A stretch of DNA of 32,000 bases from Halalkalibacterium halodurans (GTDB lineage Bacteria > Bacillota > Bacilli > Bacillales > Bacillaceae_D), in NCBI RefSeq assembly GCF_004376175.1, contig NZ_SNUY01000011.1:20341-52340 (forward strand). The letters are read 5' to 3'. The position numbers were made by a program, and so were the translations under genes. The notes beneath the pieces were generated by a model that saw only the letters and a program-made list of their open reading frames with translations, searched no databases and had not been told where the DNA came from. Shown here one piece after another: positions 8,897 through 16,148 of the stretch. Every line of letters begins with the position of its first letter. Position 1 is the first letter of the stretch.

Positions 8897-9886
8897 GTGA
8901 GAAAAAAACCGTTCTATATGGCAATTGTAGTAGGGATCGTGTCACTATTAATGGTAGCATGCGGAGCTGATGATACCGCAGAGCCAGCTGATGCTGAGCA
9001 AGAGGAAGCCGCTCAAGACACAGTAGAAGAGGAAATGGTAGAAACAGAAGCAGGCGGTGAGGTAACCGTTCAACATGACCTTGGGGAGGCAGTCATACCA
9101 AAAAATCCTGAAACCGTTGTTGTGTTTGACTTTGGGACATTAGATTCTCTTGACCGTTTAGGTGTCGAAGTAGCGGGAGTCCCACAAGCCAACGTGCCAG
9201 CATACTTATCTCAGTATGAAGAGGAAACGTATGCCAACGTAGGGACGCTATTTGAACCAGATTTTGAAACGATCTATGATCTTCAACCTGATTTAATTAT
9301 CATTTCTGGGCGGACATCAGAAGCGTACGACGAGTTAAGTGACATTGCCCCAACTTTATTCGTTGGCCTTGACACAGAAAACTATCTTGAATCATTCCGT
9401 TCCAACATGGAAACCTTAGGTGAAATCTTCGGTAAAGAAACTGAAGTGGAAGAAGCGTTGGCGAGTCTAGAGGCTAATATTGAGGAAGTACAGCAATTAG
9501 CAGCAGAGAAAGAAGAAACAGGGTTAATTGTGCTAGCGAATGATGGGAACGTGAGCGCTTACGGTCCAGGTTCACGCTTTGGTGTCATCCATGATGAGTT
9601 TGGTGTGACCCCAGTAGATGAAAACATTGAAGTGTCCAACCATGGACAAAGCATCTCCTTTGAGTATATTGTAGAGAAAAACCCAGATCATCTATTCGTG
9701 ATCGATCGTGGAGCTGTCGTACAAGAAGGAGAAGAGACCAATATTGAAAATGAACTAGTCCAGCAAACAACGGCATATGAAGAAGGAAATATTCATTATT
9801 TAACCCCTGACTACTGGTATATTTCGGGCGGCGGACTCGTATCCGTTGAACAGATGATTGACGAAATGAAAGCCGCTTTACAGTAA
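8897..9886 (+). CDS. yclQ: Siderophore-binding lipoprotein (YclQ-like, petrobactin/catecholate-type SBP)
   Basis: GTG 8897 lies 9 nt after AAAGGAG. Signal peptide with lipobox LMVAC-G. From VTVQHDLGE..IPKNPE.VVVFDFG.LDSLD onward the protein is colinear with remembered B. subtilis YclQ. The mature N-terminus carries a very acidic linker. Confidence 0.8.
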   Translation: MRKKPFYMAIVVGIVSLLMVACGADDTAEPADAEQEEAAQDTVEEEMVETEAGGEVTVQHDLGEAVIPKNPETVVVFDFGTLDSLDRLGVEVAGVPQANVPAYLSQYEEETYANVGTLFEPDFETIYDLQPDLIIISGRTSEAYDELSDIAPTLFVGLDTENYLESFRSNMETLGEIFGKETEVEEALASLEANIEEVQQLAAEKEETGLIVLANDGNVSAYGPGSRFGVIHDEFGVTPVDENIEVSNHGQSISFEYIVEKNPDHLFVIDRGAVVQEGEETNIENELVQQTTAYEEGNIHYLTPDYWYISGGGLVSVEQMIDEMKAALQ

Positions 9887-9901
9887 ACTAAAGAAATCGA
9901 A

Positions 9902-9932
9902 AGGTGCACGGCGATTCCGTGCGCCTTTTTTC
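9902..9932 (+). terminator. Rho-independent terminator after the ABC operon
   Basis: GGTGCACGG-CGATT-CCGTGCGCC followed by TTTTTT. Confidence 0.75.
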
Positions 9933-10044
9933 AATTGATAAGGCTTCTATAAAAGGTGGGGAATTCGAAATTAGGGTGAATCAACAACCTTTTACGTGCA
10001 TAGATTGAATTAATCGCTCTTGACCACGGATGGAGGTTGACCTG

Positions 10045-11940
10045 ATGGATATTTTAAAAAAAGTCGAACAGTACAGAGAAGAGGAAGAACGACTTAAGTG
10101 GGAAGGGACGTTTGCGGATTATTTGGCTCTGTTAAAGGAGAAACCATGGGTTGCACAAACGGCGCATGCCCGCGTGTATAACATGATTAAAGATGCTGGT
10201 TTCGAGGAGAAAGATGGTCGAAAAACATATAGCTTTTTTAGCGATCAAATTTTTGGCTTAGAAGATTCGATTGAGAAATTAGTAGAAGAATATTTTCATT
10301 CAGCGGCTAAACGGTTGGATGTACGTAAACGGATATTACTGTTAATGGGTCCAGTCAGTGGGGGGAAATCGACGATTGTGACAATGCTCAAGCGAGGCCT
10401 GGAAAACTATTCTCGAACCGAACGGGGAGCGGTGTATGCGATTAAAGGCTGCCCGATGCATGAGGACCCTCTCCATTTAATTCCTCAGCATTTACGCCGT
10501 GATTTCTATGAAGAATACGGAATACGTATTGAAGGGAATTTATCACCGTTGAACATGATGCGTCTGCAAGAAGAGTATGGTGGACGAATTGAAGATGTGA
10601 TCGTGGAGCGGATCTTTTTCTCGGAGGATAAGCGCTGCGGGATCGGTACGTTCAGTCCGTCTGATCCGAAATCTCAAGACATTGCTGACTTAACGGGTAG
10701 CATTGACTTTTCAACGATTGCCGAATATGGCTCAGAATCGGATCCGCGAGCATATCGATTTGACGGAGAGTTAAATAAAGCCAATCGTGGCTTAATGGAA
10801 TTTCAGGAGATGTTAAAGTGCGATGAGAAATTTCTCTGGCATCTACTTTCCCTTACGCAGGAGGGGAATTTTAAAGCGGGAAGGTTTGCACTCATTAGCG
10901 CGGATGAAATGATCGTCGCCCACACGAATGAATCGGAATACCGTTCGTTTATTGCCAACAAAAAGAATGAGGCGCTCCATTCGCGGATCATCGTCATGAA
11001 AATTCCGTACAATTTGCGCGTGTCAGAAGAAGAACGAATTTACGAGAAAATGATTGAGGATAGCGATCTGTCTAATGTTCATATTGCGCCTCATGCGTTA
11101 AAAGTGGCGGCAATTTTTACGATTTTAACGAGACTGAAGGAGCCGAAGAAGCAAGGCGTTGATCTTCTAAAGAAAATGCGACTGTACGACGGGGAAGCGG
11201 TTGAAGGCTACAATGTGCAAGATGTGGAGGAGTTACGCAAAGAATATGAAGATGAAGGCATGAGCGGCATTGACCCCCGTTATGTGATCAACCGAATTTC
11301 ATCTGCGATTATTCGTAAGCAGCTAACGTCAATTAGCGCGCTCGATGTTCTACGTTCGATCAAGGAAGGGTTAGATCAGCACGCATCGATCTCAAAAGAA
11401 GACAAAGAACGCTACATGGACTTTATCGCCATCGCGCGGCGCGAGTATGATGACATTGCGAAGAAAGAAGTACAAAAAGCGTTTGTTTATTCGTATGAAG
11501 AATCAGCGAAAACGTTAATGGATAACTATCTCGATAATGTGGAGGCATACTGCAATAAATCAAAGCTCCGCGATCCACTTACAGGAGAGGAAATGCAGCC
11601 TGATGAAAAATTAATGCGCTCCATTGAGGAGCAGATCGGTATTTCCGAAAATGCGAAAAAAGCCTTTCGTGAAGAAATTCTTATTCGAATTTCGGCATAT
11701 GCCCGAAAAGGGAAGAAATTTGATTACAATTCACATGAACGGCTTCGTGAAGCCATCCAGAAAAAATTATTTGCTGACTTGAAAGATATTGTTAAGATTA
11801 CAACGTCCGCAAAAACACCAGATGAGTCACAGCTAAAGAAAATCAATGAAGTCATTGCTCGTTTAATCGATGAACATGGGTACAATTCTGTGTCTGCTAA
11901 TGAGTTGCTTCGCTATGTCGGCAGCCTGCTCAACCGTTAA
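10045..11940 (+). CDS. prkA: PrkA AAA-type serine protein kinase/protease (sporulation-associated)
   Basis: MDILKKVEQYREEEERLKWEGTFADYL matches the remembered PrkA N-terminus. Walker A GPVSGGKS. ATG 10045 lies 6 nt after GGAGGT; the track start at 10030 is probably too far upstream. Confidence 0.92.
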   Translation: MDILKKVEQYREEEERLKWEGTFADYLALLKEKPWVAQTAHARVYNMIKDAGFEEKDGRKTYSFFSDQIFGLEDSIEKLVEEYFHSAAKRLDVRKRILLLMGPVSGGKSTIVTMLKRGLENYSRTERGAVYAIKGCPMHEDPLHLIPQHLRRDFYEEYGIRIEGNLSPLNMMRLQEEYGGRIEDVIVERIFFSEDKRCGIGTFSPSDPKSQDIADLTGSIDFSTIAEYGSESDPRAYRFDGELNKANRGLMEFQEMLKCDEKFLWHLLSLTQEGNFKAGRFALISADEMIVAHTNESEYRSFIANKKNEALHSRIIVMKIPYNLRVSEEERIYEKMIEDSDLSNVHIAPHALKVAAIFTILTRLKEPKKQGVDLLKKMRLYDGEAVEGYNVQDVEELRKEYEDEGMSGIDPRYVINRISSAIIRKQLTSISALDVLRSIKEGLDQHASISKEDKERYMDFIAIARREYDDIAKKEVQKAFVYSYEESAKTLMDNYLDNVEAYCNKSKLRDPLTGEEMQPDEKLMRSIEEQIGISENAKKAFREEILIRISAYARKGKKFDYNSHERLREAIQKKLFADLKDIVKITTSAKTPDESQLKKINEVIARLIDEHGYNSVSANELLRYVGSLLNR

Positions 11941-11948
11941 AATTTCTT

Positions 11949-11976
11949 AGGTCCCTCAAATAGGGGCCTCTTTTTG
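11949..11976 (+). terminator. Terminator after prkA
   Basis: GGTCCCT-CAAAT-AGGGGCC followed by a T-run. Confidence 0.6.
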
Positions 11977-12123
11977 TTTGTTAAAAAGCAAACATGTTAG
12001 GTTCCATAAGCACGACGTTACCAGTGAAGGTTCACTTATCCGACAAAAGGACTTAATTAAGAGATTCAGAAAAAAGAAGATTGTGTCTTCACCCTAAGAG
12101 TGGTAAATTAAAGGAAAAGACAT

Positions 12124-12672
12124 GTGGAGGCACTGCTTGTGGATACAAAGAAAAGTGATATAAATGAATGGATAAAAGCCATCTTGATTGCTTTGCTACT
12201 TGCGGTTTTGATTCGTTCATTTGTGTTTGTAAGCTATGAGGTACGTGGGGAATCGATGGAACCAACAGCCTATGAAGGCGAAATGTTTATAGTGAATAAA
12301 CTTAGCTATGAGTTTTCTGAACCGAAACGGTTTGATTTAATTGTCTTTCATGCAACGGAAACAGATGATTACATAAAGCGGATCATTGGTTTACCAGGGG
12401 ACACAATTCGAATGGAAGATGACATTCTCTACATTAATGATGAGCCTTACGAGGAACCATACTTAGACGAATGGAAAGAAGGACGACCTGGAAAATACAC
12501 GCAAGATTTTGTTGTGGAAGAACCCATTCCAGATGGATATGTGTTTGTTCTCGGGGATAATCGTCCAAGAAGCTCAGACAGTCGCGCCTTTGGCCCTGTC
12601 CCGTTAGAAGAAATCGTCGGGAAAGTAGGAGTGCGTTTCTGGCCTGTGACAAAAGTAGGCGTTTTAAATTAG
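12124..12672 (+). CDS. Signal peptidase I (S26 family)
   Basis: N-terminal TM helix, catalytic Ser box GESMEPT, Lys box YIKRIIGLPGD and GDNRPRSSDSR. The start is uncertain: GTG 12124 or in-frame GTG 12139. Confidence 0.88.
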   Translation: MEALLVDTKKSDINEWIKAILIALLLAVLIRSFVFVSYEVRGESMEPTAYEGEMFIVNKLSYEFSEPKRFDLIVFHATETDDYIKRIIGLPGDTIRMEDDILYINDEPYEEPYLDEWKEGRPGKYTQDFVVEEPIPDGYVFVLGDNRPRSSDSRAFGPVPLEEIVGKVGVRFWPVTKVGVLN

Positions 12673-12683
12673 TACGACACGCG

Positions 12684-12712
12684 AAACCTTCAGCGACTGC
12701 TGGAGGTTTTTT
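12684..12712 (+). terminator. Terminator after signal peptidase gene
   Basis: AACCTTCAGC-GACT-GCTGGAGGTT followed by TTTT. Confidence 0.7.
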
Positions 12713-12778
12713 ATACTCTAAGAAAGGGATATAAATCACGACTAGAGCAAGCGAAAACTAGTGTTACAAAAGTGGCGG

Positions 12779-13015
12779 CCAATATTATATTTTGGCAAAA
12801 CGGTTCGTGCCGATGGTGGTACCATTAAGCTTCATGAGGTAGCTATGCTAGCAGCTTTACCGAAAGGATCGGAAATCTATTCCCTTAAAAATATGGAGGC
12901 GGCCATAGAGCGGTAGCCATTCGTTTTAAGTCGAATGAAGGAATATGGCAGAAATAGAGGAGCAAGAGGCGATCTCTAATGATGTGAACGCCAATCATAA
13001 CAGGGGACAGAAATA
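12779..13015 (+). pseudogene. Relic of a class A PBP / GT51 transglycosylase gene
   Basis: The translation ILYFGKTVRADGGTIKLHEVAMLAALPKGSEIYSLKNMEAAIER-stop-PFVLSRMKEYG, then after a frameshift AEIEEQEAISN, resembles the end of the PBP1A glycosyltransferase domain (YFG...L.L.E.A.LA.LPK......N.E.A..RR..VL..M...G.ITEE). It has no start, an in-frame TAG at 12914-12916 and a frameshift near 12945. Confidence 0.45.
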
Positions 13016-13218
13016 ACGTTTAAAATGTTGCGACCGCCTGTTGACGTGTATGTCGAAAGTGAGCGAGGGTACCTAGTTTACATTTGGCCCTTTTGAATCG
13101 ATTTAATCATATTCCACTATTGGATAGGGATTTCAATCATGGGAGAGAGGCAACTTCCTAAAGAAGCAATGAGTAAAAAAAGCTAGTGAATTGGCAAATT
13201 GGCATGGACGTGTGTGTA

Positions 13219-13251
13219 GAAAGCCTTGACAAAATCAAGGCCTTCTTTTTT
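13219..13251 (+). terminator. Orphan rho-independent terminator
   Basis: GCCTTGA-CAAAA-TCAAGGC with extra flanking pairs, then TTTTTT. It lies downstream of the PBP relic and upstream of yhbH. Confidence 0.5.
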
Positions 13252-13453
13252 AAAAAAAAGAATAACACTGCTGCTACGGGATTTGTCAGAATTTATAAGC
13301 AACTCTTCCCTTTCTTTGCATAGGATAAAGTAAGTCACGTTCCGAAAAACGATGAGCGTGACCCACATTAGCATATGACGGTGAATCAGATTTGGTGATT
13401 TGTCCACAAAATAAAATGTCAATACCATCAAAATTGAAGGAGGGGTTGGACGC

Positions 13454-14626
13454 GTGAAGAAAGGGAGTCGACATAATTTCGTGGTTTCACAGGAAAATTG
13501 GACCCTCCATCGAAAAGGTTATCAAGACCAACGCCGCCATCAGGAGAAAGTAAAGGAAGCGATACGGAAAAATCTACCCGACCTTGTGAGCGAAGAAAAC
13601 ATCATCATGTCAAATGGGCGCGAAGTCATTAAAATCCCGATCCGCTCATTGGATGAATATAAAATTCGCTACAATTATGATAAGAATAAGCACGTCGGTC
13701 AAGGGGATGGAGACAGCCAAGTCGGGGACGTGATTGCCCGTGATCCAAGTGCTGGACAGCAAGGACCGGGCAAAGGCCAAGGAGCAGGTGATCAGCCTGG
13801 AGAAGACTATTTTGAAGCAGAAGTGTCGATTCTAGAATTGGAGGAATTGTTGTTTCGCGAGCTGGAGCTGCCGAACTTGCAGCAAAAAGAAGAGGATCAT
13901 CTCGTCGTCGAACATATCGAGTTCAACGATATTCGCAAAAAAGGCTTGATGGGCAATATCGATAAACGGCGAACGATTCTATCTGCAATCAAGCGAAATG
14001 CATTAGAGGGAAGACCTGGACTTATACCAATTTACAATGATGACCTAAGATTTAAAACATGGAACGAAGTGGTCCGCCCAGAGTCAAAGGCCGTTGTCCT
14101 CGCGATGATGGATACATCAGGGAGCATGGGGCGTTGGGAAAAATATATGGCTCGCAGTTTCTTTTTTTGGATGACGCGCTTTTTGCGTACGAAATATGAA
14201 ACGGTAGACATTGAATTCATCGCCCACCATACTGAAGCAAAAGTCGTATCGGAAGAAGACTTTTTCTCAAAAGGGGAGAGCGGTGGGACGATTTGTTCAT
14301 CCGCTTATCGGAAAGCACTCGAGCTCATCAATGAAAAATATGATCCTGCTCGCTACAACATTTATCCGTTCCACTTCTCAGATGGTGACAATTTAACGTC
14401 TGACAACGCTCGCTGCCTTAAGCTTGTGCATGAGCTAATGGAATCGTCCAGCATGTTTGGCTACGGTGAAGTCAATCAGTACAGTTCCTCAAGGTATAAA
14501 CGTTCATCTTTAATGAGTACATTTAGTCAAATCACTAACGTGCGGTTTAGAAACTTTATATTAACAAAGAAGGAAGATATATTTCATGCCCTTATATATT
14601 TTTTTAAATGGAAAGTGGACAATTAG
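13454..14626 (+). CDS. yhbH: YhbH (DUF444, PrkA-partner sporulation protein) with chimeric, phage-derived 3' end
   Basis: GTG start after GAAGGAGG. Colinear with remembered B. subtilis YhbH ([87 protein letters not shown]). The last ~45 codons remain homologous (S.LMS....I....FR..IL..K.D.FHA....FF) but become abruptly AT-rich. Confidence 0.9.
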   Translation: MKKGSRHNFVVSQENWTLHRKGYQDQRRHQEKVKEAIRKNLPDLVSEENIIMSNGREVIKIPIRSLDEYKIRYNYDKNKHVGQGDGDSQVGDVIARDPSAGQQGPGKGQGAGDQPGEDYFEAEVSILELEELLFRELELPNLQQKEEDHLVVEHIEFNDIRKKGLMGNIDKRRTILSAIKRNALEGRPGLIPIYNDDLRFKTWNEVVRPESKAVVLAMMDTSGSMGRWEKYMARSFFFWMTRFLRTKYETVDIEFIAHHTEAKVVSEEDFFSKGESGGTICSSAYRKALELINEKYDPARYNIYPFHFSDGDNLTSDNARCLKLVHELMESSSMFGYGEVNQYSSSRYKRSSLMSTFSQITNVRFRNFILTKKEDIFHALIYFFKWKVDN

Positions 14627-14691
14627 CATGGTGAGTCCGTAATGTCTAATGAAGGCATTTATTTGGTTAGATCAGTAAGAAACTGTCAACA

Positions 14692-14706
14692 ATACTTATT
14701 AAGTAT
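14692..14706. promoter_or_regulatory. Perfect 7-1-7 palindrome upstream of the cargo cassette (candidate operator)
   Basis: ATACTTA-T-TAAGTAT is flanked by an imperfect outer inverted repeat TGTCAACAA ... TTGTTATTGACA. It lies 42 nt upstream of the first cassette gene. No convincing -35/-10 assignment. Confidence 0.3.
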
Positions 14707-14747
14707 CATAGGTTGTTATTGACAATCATCAGTTAGGAGGTGAAAAT

Positions 14748-15044
14748 ATGAGTAAGGGGGGGAAAAATGTGGCGACTCAAATTTATGATAATAAAGAATT
14801 ATTAGTTAAATTAGTGTCCACGGGGATTTTAATGACTGCTGCTAAAGAAAAGGTAGATAACTACTTAAAACAACATAGTATTGTAATTCAGGAAATGATG
14901 GAAGATGAAGAATCGATGGAGTATTTTAATATGTACTATGAGGAGAATGAAGAAGAATTAAAAAATGCAGCAGAACATTCTGTAACAACCTCAGCAGAAG
15001 TAGAGAAAGTCTTGGAAAAGTGGAGAAAAGAGTATGAGTTTTAG
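14748..15044 (+). CDS. Small acidic protein, candidate antitoxin/neutraliser (cassette gene A)
   Basis: 98 aa with RBS TAGGAGGTG 6 nt upstream. The C-terminal half is strongly acidic (MMEDEESMEYFNMYYEENEEELK). The ORF overlaps the MazF-like gene by 11 nt. No RHH/AbrB motif recognised. Confidence 0.6.
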   Translation: MSKGGKNVATQIYDNKELLVKLVSTGILMTAAKEKVDNYLKQHSIVIQEMMEDEESMEYFNMYYEENEEELKNAAEHSVTTSAEVEKVLEKWRKEYEF

Positions 15045-15564
15045 AGGGAAAATTAAAAGGGGAGAAATATATGTTGCTGACTTAGAGCCCACTCTTGGAT
15101 CTGAACAAGGTAAAGAGAGAAGGGTTCTTATTGTTTCTAATGATATCGGAAATTCGAACCCTAAGTCACCTGTAGTGATCGCTTTACCTATAACAGGTGA
15201 AGTTACGCCAAAGAAACTAAAAATGCCTATGTATGTTCAAATTAGACCAAGTAAACTAAATGGTCAAACTAAGATGGCTTTAATCGATTGTGGACAAATA
15301 AGAGTATTGGATATAGATAAGAGGCTTAAGGAATTAAAAGGAGAAGTAGAAAAGGAAGTTTTAGAAGCTGTTGATGCAGCTTTAGAAACAGTCTTACAGA
15401 TTAAGACATGCCCGGCATGTTCAAAAGTATTACTGCCGAATCGAAATCATTGTGTGAGTTGTAAATACATATTGGTAAGAGTTTGTATAAACTGTAATAG
15501 TAAAATAAATAGCCAATACATATTTTGCCCTCATTGCGGGCAAAAAAGGGAGGGAGATACATGA
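15034..15564 (+). CDS. MazF/PemK-family endoribonuclease fused to a C-terminal double zinc ribbon (cassette gene B)
   Basis: Residues 1-125 align with remembered B. subtilis EndoA/MazF (KRGEIYVADLEPTLGSEQGKERRVLIVSNDIGN vs [33 protein letters not shown]; also QIR.LD..RL and V..AL). Residues 126-168 hold four CxxC pairs: CPAC, CVSC, CINC, CPHC. Confidence 0.85.
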   Translation: MSFRGKIKRGEIYVADLEPTLGSEQGKERRVLIVSNDIGNSNPKSPVVIALPITGEVTPKKLKMPMYVQIRPSKLNGQTKMALIDCGQIRVLDIDKRLKELKGEVEKEVLEAVDAALETVLQIKTCPACSKVLLPNRNHCVSCKYILVRVCINCNSKINSQYIFCPHCGQKREGDT

Positions 15565-16073
15565 GAGAGTATCATAAAAGCAAGTTATTGACGAAGCTAG
15601 CAGAACTACTACCTCCCTTTGCTAATTCTTTAATGCAACTTGTAGCTTATATTAATAGTGATAAGGAACTATCCATTACCAAGGAACTATTAAATAGCTT
15701 AACAACCGTAACTCGCGAGGCGGAACAAATTAGGTTGGCTTTAAATAATCAGGCAAAAGAATACGCTAGAATGCTCGAAAATACATCAAGAAAACTTACT
15801 GATAATGAAGTCAATCATATAAAAGAATTTATCGAAATACACCAAAAGTTAATGGCTGCTCATAAAGAAGTCTTACAAGGGATCAATATGCTTATATATC
15901 TTCTAGTCGAAGAAGTAGTTGCGCACAATGACCCAGAACAAACAGGGAAAAAGATGATGGATGAAATTTTAAAGAGTATAGAAGGACCACCTAGTGTTGA
16001 GGAAGCCATAAATAATTTATATTATGGTGCTAAAAAAATCACTGAAGGAATTGATAATATTATAGAAAAATAA
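15561..16073 (+). CDS. All-helical protein of unknown family (cassette gene C)
   Basis: ATG 15561 overlaps the gene B stop as ATGA and is preceded by AAAAGGGAGGGAG. 170 aa, no motif recognised. The track start at 15525 lies inside gene B and is less likely. Confidence 0.65.
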   Translation: MREYHKSKLLTKLAELLPPFANSLMQLVAYINSDKELSITKELLNSLTTVTREAEQIRLALNNQAKEYARMLENTSRKLTDNEVNHIKEFIEIHQKLMAAHKEVLQGINMLIYLLVEEVVAHNDPEQTGKKMMDEILKSIEGPPSVEEAINNLYYGAKKITEGIDNIIEK

Positions 16074-16077
16074 TTAG

Positions 16078-16113
16078 ACAACACCTGCACTTTGTTTAAG
16101 CAGGTGTTGTTTA
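16078..16113 (+). terminator. Terminator closing the cargo cassette
   Basis: ACAACACCTGC (16078-16088) pairs perfectly with GCAGGTGTTGT (16100-16110), followed by TT. Confidence 0.7.
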
Positions 16114-16148
16114 AAATTGTATTAGGGTTTGCCATTTAATTTAGGGCA

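Noticed and set aside
13183-13474. Two overlapping minus-strand ORFs upstream of yhbH
   Set aside because: They overlap each other and the yhbH RBS and start. Neither has a Shine-Dalgarno, and their composition is implausible. This is most likely non-coding promoter-region sequence.
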